This document shows, in pieces, positions 19,801 through 28,982 of a DNA stretch of 64,000 bases. Source of the DNA: Bacteriovoracia bacterium (GTDB taxonomy: Bacteria; Bdellovibrionota; UBA1018; JBFWNL01); contig JBFWNL010000001.1 in the NCBI GenBank assembly GCA_050251055.1, positions 459,825-523,824 on the forward strand, written 5' to 3'. The notes below the pieces were generated by a model. That model was not told the DNA's origin, did not search any database, and saw only the letters and a program-made list of their open reading frames with translations. The first letter of the stretch is position 1. Every line of letters begins with the position of its first letter. The translations under genes and the position numbers were made by a program.

Positions 19801-20085
19801 GAACTCGGCAACGACGGTCACGATCCCTTCTTTATTGATCGAGCGCACCGACTTGATGCCGGAGAGGGTACTTACCTCTTCTTCGAGCACCTTGGCGACT
19901 AGCGTCTCCATTTCAATCGGGCCGGCCCCCGGATAGGGCACCGTAACCGTCACGACCGGCAAATTTACTTTAGGAAAGAGATCGACGGCTAATCCGCGCA
20001 CCGAAAGATATCCGATGGCGAGCATGAGCAGCACGACGCAGGTGATGAAAGCGGGGCGACGAATCGACAATAGCGCGAGGTTCAT
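16864..20085 (-). CDS. RND efflux transporter permease (AcrB/AcrD/AcrF family)
   Basis: 1073 aa; GLLIDDAIVVREN, GQFFKEFGLTV, LASLYESF, KNSILIVD, RLRPILMT. Confidence 0.95.
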   Translation of the reverse strand: MNLALLSIRRPAFITCVVLLMLAIGYLSVRGLAVDLFPKVNLPVVTVTVPYPGAGPIEMETLVAKVLEEEVSTLSGIKSVRSINKEGIVTVVAEFFLETDVKYAEQQIRDRVSTAKRKLPAEIKEPIIRRLDPSDQPVLVLAVSGELSEAELYDVANEVIKPQIEQVEQIGLVEIIGGRKREIRVELDRNKLSRREIPASVVSARISAAGQNVPVGKVSRGANETLFRSLGEFRSLEHIKATIVNFVGNDVPVTVGQLGTVIDSLEDEKSRAFVNGQKSVSILVFRQSGANTIAVAEGVKKRLAKINQSLQAEPGKPQIKLIRDMSKYILENVKDVEETIFIGIVLTILVVFFFLGNVRSTIITGLALPNSLLGAFILMALFGFSINVMTLLALSLAVGLLIDDAIVVRENIFRYRELGKGPVEASLTGTREVTLAVIATTLTVIAVFGPVAFLKGMVGQFFKEFGLTVCFAMMISLFDALTIAPMLSAYFAAGAHDSRKGPPKGVRGVLEKAMGAVLGCFNYLERKITGYYGRVLEFTLRRPLVVLGIALGVFMFGVGLTSRITKTFLPPQDFGQFAVALDLPPGTSIERMSEVARAVDERIRRNPEVDKTVLTIGNRDGEPNVADFFVELVPRKKRDVNTSQFKDRLREQLKEHAHANPIVKDVDDIGGGIRPFTVIFLGNDLVKLEEYARKIHAKIKDHPALKDVDVSSRPGKPEFQVTIDEVAAQSLGVSTVTLGVELRTQIEGAVPAVFREKGREYDIRVRLQEDQRNLKESFPLTSVPNINGTMIKLTNVAKGVETVSPATIYRQDRGRYVQVSADISATGPGMGAAMDEVKRLVEKDPEFKLPDGVRYKFMGQSEDFQDLIANMLLAVVLAVFFIYLVLASLYESFVTPFTIMLVIPLAACGVFYALFLTGKSLDIFSMIGCVMLLGIATKNSILIVDRANQNLRGGMNRRDALLEAGKTRLRPILMTSFALIAGMIPVAIGLNEASKQRTSMGVSIIGGLVTSTFLSLVVIPAAFSYIDRYRIWAKGIVNRIFRRQPITDVQMQEEIVRSDRELEGEGPGSNATH

Positions 20086-20159
20086 GGTAGGGCTCCCGAG
20101 CCCCTATTTTAAGCTCAGAGCGTTGAAATAACACCGGAAAAAGATCTTAACTGGCACGT

Positions 20160-21269
20160 CTAAGAAATCGACTCGCGCCTTAGCTGCCAGAGCCCTTGCA
20201 CGAGCCCTACCGCGTAGGAAATATCGAGCACCGGCTGCAGCGCGAAGAACGCCACGAACTCACTGAACGTCAAAGGAATCGCGCTGAAGTGGCGCGCAAA
20301 GACGGCTAGCTTCACGAAGAATACTAAGATCAACGGCAGTACCCAGCTGCCGAAGCCCGCGTGGGAGAAAAATTGAAGCGCCGACCAAAGATATACAAAA
20401 GTTGAAAACACCTGCGATACCCGTAGCATACTACGAATCTGTCGATTACTACCTGCAAGGCTACCGGCGACGCCCGCCAGCGTGTTCCGATGCTTCAAAA
20501 GAATATAAGGATGCGCACGGCCGAAGAGGCGCTGATGCTTCACGAGTTTATAGAGAGAATCCTGATCGCTGGATACCGACAGGTAATAAGGTAACTTAGG
20601 TGCCTGATAAACTTCGTAACCGGCCTCCCGCAGTTGCGCGGCCATGATCTGGTCCTCACCGGCCAAACGTAGCGTCGTATTGTAGTAGCCCACCGCTTTC
20701 AGCGCTTCGACCCGGAATCCGTCGCAACGACTCTCGGCAAAGCCCACCGGTACGAGCTCGTCATCGTCCGAACCCACACTCGCGGCGGATCGTCCGGCCG
20801 GAAAGATATCCATTAGGTTGGCGATCAAATTCACCTTCTCGGAAAACGGCAAACCACCGGGCTTGGCCGGAATCGTGGGTTGCCCGGTGATCATCGCGGC
20901 CCGCGGATTTTTTTCCAAATGCTCGAGCATCTTCCCCACGTAATCCGGTCGACCGAAAAGCACGTCGCAATGGCAGGTGAGCGCAAAGGGCGTCTTCACC
21001 ATCTGAAACGCTTTGTTGAGTGCGCCCGAGATCCCCATGTTTTGCGCGTTTACCTCGAGCTTGATGTGCGAGGGCGAGCCCGCACGCGCGAGCGCCTCTC
21101 GAATCGCCTGGTCGGTTCCATCACGCGAGCCATTGTCCATGAAAAGCACGTCCAGCCATTCGGACGCGTCGCGGTGATTCGGATGGCGTTGTTTCAAAAT
21201 CGCGTCGACCAATCCCGGTACATACTGGGCGTCGTTGTAGATCAGGAAAATGACCGTAATTTTTGCCAT
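20160..21269 (-). CDS. Glycosyltransferase family 2 with C-terminal TM helices
   Basis: YND, MDNGSRDGT, NMGISGALN, GED; the DxD position reads HCD. Confidence 0.85.
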   Translation of the reverse strand: MAKITVIFLIYNDAQYVPGLVDAILKQRHPNHRDASEWLDVLFMDNGSRDGTDQAIREALARAGSPSHIKLEVNAQNMGISGALNKAFQMVKTPFALTCHCDVLFGRPDYVGKMLEHLEKNPRAAMITGQPTIPAKPGGLPFSEKVNLIANLMDIFPAGRSAASVGSDDDELVPVGFAESRCDGFRVEALKAVGYYNTTLRLAGEDQIMAAQLREAGYEVYQAPKLPYYLSVSSDQDSLYKLVKHQRLFGRAHPYILLKHRNTLAGVAGSLAGSNRQIRSMLRVSQVFSTFVYLWSALQFFSHAGFGSWVLPLILVFFVKLAVFARHFSAIPLTFSEFVAFFALQPVLDISYAVGLVQGLWQLRRESIS

Positions 21270-21334
21270 GCTGGGGGCCAAAACTATCGTAATTGCGGCT
21301 AGATTCCAAGTCGGTTCTGCTTTAAGTTAATGGG

Positions 21335-23233
21335 ATGATTCTGTTTTTTCGGAGGCTGGAAACTTGGGCGGGGCGCCATGCCCGGCTCTTGGGGGCATTG
21401 GTTTTGGCCCTGTACTGGCTTTCCACACAACCCGCGGGGCGGAGCTACACGGAAGACTTCTGCTACGAAACCAGCATGCGGGTCATGGCCGAGAATCTCG
21501 AGAAAACCGGCCGACCTGACTTCACCACCGACCTGTACATGACCCATAGCCGGGCTCCGGAGCGCACGCCGGTCCCGTTCTTCTCCTGGTCGATCGAGCG
21601 CGACTGGTGGTGGTCCTATGTTTGGAAGTGGAACCCCGCCTTTCCCATCCTCTGGGTTTACTTCGCCCTTTCGCTCGCGCTGGCCTACGGTTTCGTCGGC
21701 TGGGTACTGCGCCAAATGGGTTTTCGACCTTCGCAAGCCTGGCTGCTCGCGCTCGTGGTCACCCTCTTTCACGTCCCCCGACACTTCAAGATTTGGCACC
21801 ACTACGAGTACATGGCCCAGCATTGGCTTTACCTCAGCTTTTTCATCGATGCCCTGATCTGGCATCGCCTGGTACGGGAGAACCGCTGGTCGCTGAATCT
21901 CGAAGCTTGGCGGGGGTTCTTTCAGATCGCGGTGCTGGGAGCGCCCGGATACTACTGGGGCCCCACCCTGCTCGAGTGGATCATCGTTCGCGCCTGCTTC
22001 GCCGCTTTTTTCCTCTACCATCGCTTCCGCAAAGCGAGCCCCGTCCTGCTGATCGAATACCGCCTGCGCTCCCTGGCGCTACCCGCCCTACTCACGGGGC
22101 TTTGGGCGTGGATGGTTCTACTTTGGTTCCCCCCCTGGCTCGCCGAGATGCAAAAGCTCGGCACGGTCGCCCAGTGGATGGACTGGTTCGCGCGTTTCCA
22201 CTTCGTGATCCGCCCGCTCTGGCTCGATTACTTCCAGTGGCTCCTCCCCTGGAAGCTGCCCTCGATCGATACGCCCGAGACCGTCGTCACCATCGGCTGG
22301 TTCTACTGGATCCCTGCCCTGCTGGGATTGTGGCTCGTCCGTAAACGAAAGGACGGGCGTGGAATGATCGCCGTCCTGCCCTTCCTAATCTTACTTGTGG
22401 TTGCCCTGCTTTACATGAGCAAGGGCCGAATGGGTCATAACATCCATGTCGCTACTCACTTCATTGCGCCGTTCATGAAGTTTTTCCGCGTCGCTAGCCG
22501 TTGGGGCCAGTTCCTGCCGCAAATCGTATTCATTCTCGTGATCCTGGCCTGGCCCGAGCTCTCGCGCTGGTTTCGGGCCCATGCTCCGAAGCTGCGGACG
22601 CCCGCGCTCGTTTTCCTCGCTTTTTCGCTGCTCGAGATGACTTGGCTCCTGAAGCCCGTGACGGGACTCCCCGCGCTCGATCCCAGCACGGCCACGCTGC
22701 TCGCCGATCTGCGTAACGCCCCGGGGGACACCGTGCTCGACTTGCCGTTCTGCGTGGCCGGGGGAAACGGCGTCTGCACCGAGGCCCAATGCCCGAATTA
22801 TCCGCGATCGATGGTTGCCGCCTGTTTCGGGAACTGGCATGGCAAGAAAGCTTATGGGCTCTTCCAAGCCCGCCTCGTTCAATCGCAGTGCAGCTACTAC
22901 GACGAAGCACCCTTCACGAGCTGGTTTAATGCATGGAGACAGCAGCGCTGCCTTACTCCTCCCGAGTGGAAGGATTTTTGCGGCTATCTCGATCGCTACT
23001 CCGATCTGAGCGCCGTGCTCGTCTACCCCACCATCTGGACCGGCGCGGGAAGCCCGGAGTGCCGCGCGGAGTTCGCCGCACACCTGGGACCTCCGGTCCA
23101 ATCAGGAAAGTTTTATCTGGAAGCGCCGAAGCGGGATGCCCAGGGAAGACTCCCCCCGCCGGGCGATGAACTGCTACGATACGCGCCGAAATGCCGGAAC
23201 GCGAGTTCGAACACGCCGCCTAAATCTTCCTAA
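21335..23233 (+). CDS. Polytopic membrane protein, GT-C/YfhO-like glycosyltransferase candidate
   Basis: N-terminal TM, acidic EDFCYE loop, about 12 TM segments, FFRVASRW motif, Cys-rich soluble C-terminal domain; sits inside the sugar cluster. Confidence 0.55.
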   Translation: MILFFRRLETWAGRHARLLGALVLALYWLSTQPAGRSYTEDFCYETSMRVMAENLEKTGRPDFTTDLYMTHSRAPERTPVPFFSWSIERDWWWSYVWKWNPAFPILWVYFALSLALAYGFVGWVLRQMGFRPSQAWLLALVVTLFHVPRHFKIWHHYEYMAQHWLYLSFFIDALIWHRLVRENRWSLNLEAWRGFFQIAVLGAPGYYWGPTLLEWIIVRACFAAFFLYHRFRKASPVLLIEYRLRSLALPALLTGLWAWMVLLWFPPWLAEMQKLGTVAQWMDWFARFHFVIRPLWLDYFQWLLPWKLPSIDTPETVVTIGWFYWIPALLGLWLVRKRKDGRGMIAVLPFLILLVVALLYMSKGRMGHNIHVATHFIAPFMKFFRVASRWGQFLPQIVFILVILAWPELSRWFRAHAPKLRTPALVFLAFSLLEMTWLLKPVTGLPALDPSTATLLADLRNAPGDTVLDLPFCVAGGNGVCTEAQCPNYPRSMVAACFGNWHGKKAYGLFQARLVQSQCSYYDEAPFTSWFNAWRQQRCLTPPEWKDFCGYLDRYSDLSAVLVYPTIWTGAGSPECRAEFAAHLGPPVQSGKFYLEAPKRDAQGRLPPPGDELLRYAPKCRNASSNTPPKSS

Positions 23234-24089
23234 GCCAATAGGCGCGGCTGCCTCCCGGAAAGATCCGCGAGAAAATCACGCCCAACGGCAGGGCGAGCAG
23301 AAAGAGCGGAAAACGAAAACGCCCCCGCCAGACCGCCAGGCTGCCCGCGAATCCATTGGGAAACGCGACGTTTTTCGCGCGCTCAATCGTGAATCCATGC
23401 GCGCCCGCGAGCCAGGCCAAGCTACGATCGTCGGGAAAGCTAATATGCCGGGGCGAATCGAGATTGTGCCAGCGCGGTCCAAACAACCGACGCTCCAACG
23501 AATCAAAGTGAGGGACCACGAAATAGAAACCGCCGCCACGCTTTAGAAGCTCATGCACCCGGAGAAACGTGCCAGGCAGATCGGTCACGTGCTCCAGCAC
23601 GTAGTGCAAAGTCACCCAATCCGCACGGCCTTCCCACCGGTTCCGCAATACCTGGGGATCCGATTCGACGGGCACCCCCAAGGCCTGGGTAAGCGCGCGG
23701 GCTTGGGCGGGCGACAGCTCGAAGCCGCCGAGCACGAGCTCGGGCTGCCGACGACGAATCCAGGCGAGAAAGCTTCCGTCCCCGCAGCCAAAATCGATGA
23801 CCGTAGGTGCCGAAGCCGACGGACCGGACAAACGGGGCGGACGGAAATAAACGCGCCCCATGAGCAGCCAACGCATGAAATCGTAGAGCGGTGACTTACG
23901 CTGGTGGATGGGATAGGCGTCGTAAAAAGCGGGAATCTTCTCGGCGGGAGGGAGCGGATGCTGCTGCACCAGCGAACACTTGGCGCACCGAAAGTAATCC
24001 GCCCGATAATCCTTGCCCAGGTAGTAATCCACGCATCCCCGGTAAATGAGCGTAGAATCTGCGCCCCCGCAAGCCATGCACTTAAACAT
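23220..24089 (-). CDS. Class I SAM-dependent methyltransferase with N-terminal Cys/Zn motif
   Basis: CMAC...CAKC, IDFGCGDG, HYVLEHV, PRHISF. Confidence 0.85.
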   Translation of the reverse strand: MFKCMACGGADSTLIYRGCVDYYLGKDYRADYFRCAKCSLVQQHPLPPAEKIPAFYDAYPIHQRKSPLYDFMRWLLMGRVYFRPPRLSGPSASAPTVIDFGCGDGSFLAWIRRRQPELVLGGFELSPAQARALTQALGVPVESDPQVLRNRWEGRADWVTLHYVLEHVTDLPGTFLRVHELLKRGGGFYFVVPHFDSLERRLFGPRWHNLDSPRHISFPDDRSLAWLAGAHGFTIERAKNVAFPNGFAGSLAVWRGRFRFPLFLLALPLGVIFSRIFPGGSRAYWLRKI

Positions 24090-24978
24090 GCGCGCCCGCC
24101 TGCGTCTGCCACCACTGCCACGTCTCCCGCAGCCCCTCCGCCAAGCGGAAACGCGGATGGACCTTCAGCTCCTCGCGCATTCGTGTCACGTCGGCCACCA
24201 GGTAAGGAGGATCCTGCGCCGGCACGGGTTTGGCACCGATATGGAGAAGCTCGGGACGGCCCGTCACCCGGCCAATTTCCTCAAGCACTTCACGCAAGCT
24301 GACCGCCACGCCACTCGCCAAATTCACCGCGCCCGATACATCGCTATCGAGCAGCGCGGAGAACGCTTCGCCTAAGTCGCTCACGTGGATGAAATCCCTG
24401 ACCTGGGTGCCCGCCGTGAATTCCGCGGGAAGCCCCTGCAACGTACGCGCGAATGCATGCGCCACCAACCGCGCCGGGTTTTCGCCCGGACCGTAGAGCC
24501 AAAACACTCGGCCCCAGACGACCGTAACGCCGCTGTCCCGGGCGTCACCCACTAGCGCTTCGCGCAGTTCATGCTTACATTGCCCATAGAAATTTCCGGG
24601 CCGCAGGGGGGCAGACTCGGTGAGCGGTCGAGACTGAATCGATCCCCAATCATACTCCGCGACCGTACCGGCGGCGACGAAACGGCTGTGCCCTGAACGC
24701 GCCACCCTACGGAAGTCCGCGAAAAATTCGCGTCCCATGCGTACCCAGTCCGCGTTCACCGGTGCCGACCAAAACTTACCATGCTCGGTGTACCACGCCA
24801 GGTGCAGCACGTGGTCCGGACGATGGCGCGCCAACCACTCCCGCCGCGCTCCCTCATCAAAGAGATCGAATTCAACGGGAAGCACCCGGTAGCCCCGGGC
24901 GCGCAAGGCACGCTCGACAAAACGGCCGATAAAGCCGCTCGCTCCCGTCAACATCACGCTTCCCCGCTCGAAACTCAT
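24082..24978 (-). CDS. NAD-dependent epimerase/reductase (probable NDP-4-keto-sugar reductase)
   Basis: TGASGFIG, YGQCK (YxxxK), YGPGE, RDFIHVSD. Confidence 0.88.
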   Translation of the reverse strand: MSFERGSVMLTGASGFIGRFVERALRARGYRVLPVEFDLFDEGARREWLARHRPDHVLHLAWYTEHGKFWSAPVNADWVRMGREFFADFRRVARSGHSRFVAAGTVAEYDWGSIQSRPLTESAPLRPGNFYGQCKHELREALVGDARDSGVTVVWGRVFWLYGPGENPARLVAHAFARTLQGLPAEFTAGTQVRDFIHVSDLGEAFSALLDSDVSGAVNLASGVAVSLREVLEEIGRVTGRPELLHIGAKPVPAQDPPYLVADVTRMREELKVHPRFRLAEGLRETWQWWQTQAGAHV

Positions 24979-25493
24979 TCGAACTGCGCGAATCCTTGGT
25001 CGCGCTCGGAAAGCTCCGGATTGGGCAGAGGCCAGCGCACGCCGAAGGCCGGGTCATTCCACCGCACGCCACCGGCGCGCTCCGGCTGGAAAAAATCGGT
25101 CATCTGATAGAACACTTCCGACTCGTCGACCAGGGTCTGAAAACCGTGGGCGAATCCAGGCGGAATATAGAATGCATGGTGATTGTCCTGGGACAGCTCC
25201 AACCCGTGCCATTTTCGGAAAGTCGGTGAATCGCGACGCAAGTCGATCGCCACGTCGAAGACCCGACCCCGCGTACAGCGCACGAGCTTCCCCTCGCCCG
25301 CTTGAAAATGCATGCCCCTTAGGATTCCGCGACGGACGTTGTAGGAAACGTTACATTGCACAAAACGATCCGGTAGACCCGCGGCCGTGAACTCCCGTTC
25401 ACAGAAACTGCGGGCGAAAAACCCCCGGCTGTCCTCCAGACGGGCGGGCTTCACCACGACCAGACCGGCCAGGGAGGTTTTCTCGAAGATCAT
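24975..25493 (-). CDS. rfbC: dTDP-4-dehydrorhamnose 3,5-epimerase family protein
   Basis: DSRGFF, LRGMHFQ, KLVRCTRG, DVAIDLR, PGFAHGFQTL, WNDP; ATGA overlap with the upstream gene. Confidence 0.92.
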   Translation of the reverse strand: MIFEKTSLAGLVVVKPARLEDSRGFFARSFCEREFTAAGLPDRFVQCNVSYNVRRGILRGMHFQAGEGKLVRCTRGRVFDVAIDLRRDSPTFRKWHGLELSQDNHHAFYIPPGFAHGFQTLVDESEVFYQMTDFFQPERAGGVRWNDPAFGVRWPLPNPELSERDQGFAQFE

Positions 25494-26740
25494 GAGAAAA
25501 CTTTCACCTCGGGGATGGGAACCACGAATTGGCCTCCCCATTCGGAGATGAATTTGACCTGACCGGCGATCTCCTCCCGCAGGTTCCACGGCAAGATCAG
25601 CACGTAGTCCGGGCGCGTCTCGCGGATTCGGTCAGGACTACAGATGGGAATGTGGGTGCCGGGCAGGTAGAGGCCCTGCTTATGCGGGCTGCGATCCACG
25701 ACGTAGTCAATCATGTCCGTACGCACGCCACAGTAGTTCAAGAGCGTGTTTCCCTTGGCGGCCGCGCCGTAGCCGACGATCTTCTTTCCTTCGTCCTTGG
25801 CCCGCACGAGAAACTCCAAAAGCTTACGCTTCGTACGCTTCACCTGTTCGGAGAACGCGCGATAGGCGGCGAAATCGCCCAGGCCGGAGCGCAGCTCGGC
25901 ATCGCGCAGCTTGCCCACGGCCGCCGTGACCGGCCGTTCGGGGACGCCCGCGGGCGGAGACGCGTGCCGCGCGAAAATCCGCAGGGAGCCGCCGTGGGTA
26001 GGCAACTCTTCGACGTCGAAAATCGTCAGACCATGGTGGGCGAAAACCTTCTCCACCGTCAGCAGGGAAAAATACGAAAAATGCTCATGATAAATCGTAT
26101 CGAACTGATTCTGTTCCATGAGGCGCAAAAGATGCGGAAACTCCATGGTGATCACGCCGTTCGGCTTGAGGAGGACCTGCATTCCGCGTACGAAACCGTT
26201 GAGGTCCGGGACGTGAGCAAGCACGTTGTTACCCAGCAGAAGATCCGCCGCGTAGCCCTTGCCCTTGAGATGCTTGGCCGTCTCCGCGCCGAAAAACATC
26301 ACTTCGGTCGGAATGCCTTTTTCGACCGCGACCCGGGCGACATTCTCCGCCGGCTCCACGCCCAAGACCGGCACTCCCCGCTGCTTGAAGTATTGCAGCA
26401 GATAACCGTCGTTACTCGCGAGTTCCACGACTTGGGATCCCGCCCCCAAACCCCAGAGCTCCGTCATTTTCTTGCAGTAGGCTTCCGCGTGCTTCAGCCA
26501 GCTATCCGAAAAAGACGAGAAGTAAGCATAATCGGAAAAAATGCGCTGTGGGCTTTCAAACTCCTCGAGTTGGACGAGCCAGCACTTACCGCAAACAAAC
26601 GCGTGCAACGGGAAGAACGCCTCCATCTCCCGTAGCCGCCCGGGGCGAAGGTAAGCATTGGAAAGCGGCGACATTCCCAAATCCGCGAAAGTTTCCTGCA
26701 GCGGTGACTGGCAAAAACGGCATTGCGCGTGTTTCATCAT
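25490..26740 (-). CDS. NDP-hexose C-methyltransferase (C3-methyltransferase family)
   Basis: CRFC...CGKC Zn site, ELASNDGYLL, FDTIYHEHFSY, THGGSLR, YGAAAKGNTLLN, LPWN; ATGA overlap with rfbG. Confidence 0.9.
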   Translation of the reverse strand: MMKHAQCRFCQSPLQETFADLGMSPLSNAYLRPGRLREMEAFFPLHAFVCGKCWLVQLEEFESPQRIFSDYAYFSSFSDSWLKHAEAYCKKMTELWGLGAGSQVVELASNDGYLLQYFKQRGVPVLGVEPAENVARVAVEKGIPTEVMFFGAETAKHLKGKGYAADLLLGNNVLAHVPDLNGFVRGMQVLLKPNGVITMEFPHLLRLMEQNQFDTIYHEHFSYFSLLTVEKVFAHHGLTIFDVEELPTHGGSLRIFARHASPPAGVPERPVTAAVGKLRDAELRSGLGDFAAYRAFSEQVKRTKRKLLEFLVRAKDEGKKIVGYGAAAKGNTLLNYCGVRTDMIDYVVDRSPHKQGLYLPGTHIPICSPDRIRETRPDYVLILPWNLREEIAGQVKFISEWGGQFVVPIPEVKVFS

Positions 26741-27819
26741 GCGAGCTTCTCGAACTCCTCGATTTGCTTGCGGGTGAGCGTCTCCACCCGGCTTCCTAAC
26801 CCGTCGGGCCCCACCTCGCGGTACCACTCCACGACCCATTCCAAAGCCTTCGTTAAGTCCGTGCGCGGCTCCCAACCCAGCTCCGATTTCGCGAGGGAGC
26901 AATCCAGCTTCAGGTAGTTCGCCTCATGAGGCGCGCCGGGCTCCTGCCGATTTTCCCAGCGGGCGCCCCCGCCCCAGAGGGCGACCATACGGTCGGCGAT
27001 CCACGACACGGGCCGGGCATCGGAAAGCGCAGGACCAAAGTTAAAGGCCTGCGCCATGCGCGCGGGCTCATCCCAAAGCTTCTCCGCCAGGCGCAGGTAA
27101 CCGCCCAAGGGTTCGAGCACATGCTGCCAGGGACGAGTGGACGCCGGATTACGTACCGGGATGGGTTGATTCTTCTGCAGAGACCGGATGCAATCGGGGA
27201 TGAGACGATCCACGGACCAATCTCCTCCACCAATGACGTTGCCTGCCCGGGCGCTGGCGATCCCCGCTCCGGAAAAAAAGGAACGGCGATAAGCCGAAGT
27301 CACGAGTTCCGCGCAACCCTTGCTGCTGCTGTAGGGATCGTAGCCGCCCATGGGTTCGTTTTCCCGATAGCCCCAGGCCCACTCGCGATTCTCGTAACAC
27401 TTGTCGGTGGTAACCACGACGATCGCACGGGCCGAGCCGGTTTGCCGGGCCGCTTCGAGCACATTCACCGTCCCCATCACGTTCGTGGCGTAAGTTCCGA
27501 CCGGGTCTTCGTACGAAGGCCGCACCAATGCTTGCGCCGCGAGATGCAATACTATGTCGGGGCGGAATTTTTTCATCTGCGTCTGCAGCGTCGCGAGATC
27601 GCGCACGTCGCCGAAATGCGAATCCATGCGCTGGGCGAGTCCCAGCGGCTCAAATAAGTTCGGACGGGCGTCGGGTGGAAGCGCGTAACCCCCGACTCGC
27701 GCGCCTAGATGATGAAGCCAGTAAGAAAGCCACGCCCCTTTGAAACCGGTGTGCCCGGTCACGAAAACGCGTTTATCCTTCCAAAAGCCTGCGCTGGGTG
27801 AATGAAATGTGGGAGTCAC
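26737..27819 (-). CDS. rfbG: CDP-glucose 4,6-dehydratase
   Basis: VTGHTGFKGAWL, HLAAQALVR, TTDKCYEN, DPYSSSK, RAGNVIGGGDW, RPWQHVLEPL. Confidence 0.96.
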   Translation of the reverse strand: MTPTFHSPSAGFWKDKRVFVTGHTGFKGAWLSYWLHHLGARVGGYALPPDARPNLFEPLGLAQRMDSHFGDVRDLATLQTQMKKFRPDIVLHLAAQALVRPSYEDPVGTYATNVMGTVNVLEAARQTGSARAIVVVTTDKCYENREWAWGYRENEPMGGYDPYSSSKGCAELVTSAYRRSFFSGAGIASARAGNVIGGGDWSVDRLIPDCIRSLQKNQPIPVRNPASTRPWQHVLEPLGGYLRLAEKLWDEPARMAQAFNFGPALSDARPVSWIADRMVALWGGGARWENRQEPGAPHEANYLKLDCSLAKSELGWEPRTDLTKALEWVVEWYREVGPDGLGSRVETLTRKQIEEFEKLA

Positions 27820-28008
27820 GACTTAGTCCTACAATATATCCCTGGAATTTCACACCCTTCGATCCGTATACGCGGCGCTTTGATGGAATCCGGAACGGCA
27901 ATACAGACTGAAACACTCCACTAAAATTACCGGTACACGGGGAAGTGCCCGTTTTCAGCAATAAAATTAACGGATTGTTTTAGCGCAGTCCTGCGGACGC
28001 TCGCCCGC

Positions 28009-28878
28009 CTACTTCAATTCCCGTAAGGCGCGCAGGACCGCCTGCGGGGCCGCCCCTTTTTGAAGATCGGGCCGATAGACCAGACAGATGCGGTCCCGAT
28101 AGACCGGCGCATCCGTCCGCCACCGCCGGAGCCTGGCCTGCGGCACCCGCTTCGCCACGCGTCCCGGCAAAACGCCCACGCCCGCTCCCGCCGCGACTAA
28201 GCTAGTAATCACCTCGAGATTCGAAGAAGCAATCACCCGCGGAAACACCGGCTCGCCTCGCCGCTTGAGCTTACGCAGGATTTCCTGGGTTTGGAAAAGC
28301 TCCGGATCCGCGATCAAGGTGCCTGTTAAAGCCCCCTCCTTACCGCTCACGCCTGGGGCCGCCCAGAGCGTCACTTCGTCTTCCATCAGCTCGTGAATCA
28401 CCAGATCCGGATGGGCCACGGGGTTGACCGCGATCCCAAAATCCAATCGGCAACTCACGACCGCCTCGGTCACCCGTCGAGAAAGATCATGCACGAGCGA
28501 AAGCGTAAGCTCGGCGTGCCGGCGCAAAAGCGCGGGTAGGCAATGCGGCAGCGTATAGAGCGCGACCGATGGATGACACCCCAGGGTGAAGTGGCCGCGG
28601 ATCTCGTCACGCTCGCGTAAAGTTTCGGCTCGCAGCTTGCCCCACCGCTCCAGCAACTCGCGGGCTTGGGCGGAAAACCGTTGCCCGGCACGGGTGAGTT
28701 GCACGCCATTTTTTCCCCGTACGAGAAGCGGCGCGCCCACCGCCGACTCCAGGCGACGCATCGCCAAGCTCAGCGTGGGCTGGGTCACCCCCAAGCGCTC
28801 AGCGGCACGGGAGATATTGAGTGTCCCTGCAACCTCCAGGAAGTACTGAAGCTCGTGGGCGGTGGGTAGAGTTTCCAT
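28009..28878 (-). CDS. LysR family transcriptional regulator
   Basis: NISRAAERLGVTQPTLSLAMRRLE HTH, LTRAG, 289 aa. Confidence 0.95.
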   Translation of the reverse strand: METLPTAHELQYFLEVAGTLNISRAAERLGVTQPTLSLAMRRLESAVGAPLLVRGKNGVQLTRAGQRFSAQARELLERWGKLRAETLRERDEIRGHFTLGCHPSVALYTLPHCLPALLRRHAELTLSLVHDLSRRVTEAVVSCRLDFGIAVNPVAHPDLVIHELMEDEVTLWAAPGVSGKEGALTGTLIADPELFQTQEILRKLKRRGEPVFPRVIASSNLEVITSLVAAGAGVGVLPGRVAKRVPQARLRRWRTDAPVYRDRICLVYRPDLQKGAAPQAVLRALRELK

Positions 28879-28896
28879 AAATTTTCCCTATTACAA

Positions 28897-28911
28897 ATAT
28901 TGAATCAATAT
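28897..28911. promoter_or_regulatory. LysR-type operator ATATTGA-A-TCAATAT (T-N11-A)
   Basis: Perfect dyad in the AT-rich divergent gap between lysR and the dioxygenase gene. Confidence 0.6.
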
Positions 28912-28982
28912 ATTTTATTAATATATATGCCGGGGCTATACCCCATTCCAGATCGCATTGACCATTAAAAAGGAGAACTCGA

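Noticed and set aside
25529-26635. 368-aa + strand ORF and similar long antisense ORFs (88-990, 17506-18381, 35267-36115, 39723-40769, 57271-58116)
   Set aside because: They overlap well-supported genes on the opposite strand and have low-information R/G/A/H-rich translations.
27820-28008. Possible riboswitch or ncRNA upstream of rfbG (CTGAAA...TTTCAG pairing)
   Set aside because: Only short, weak pairing and no recognisable c-di-GMP or other riboswitch consensus. An Rfam search would be needed.
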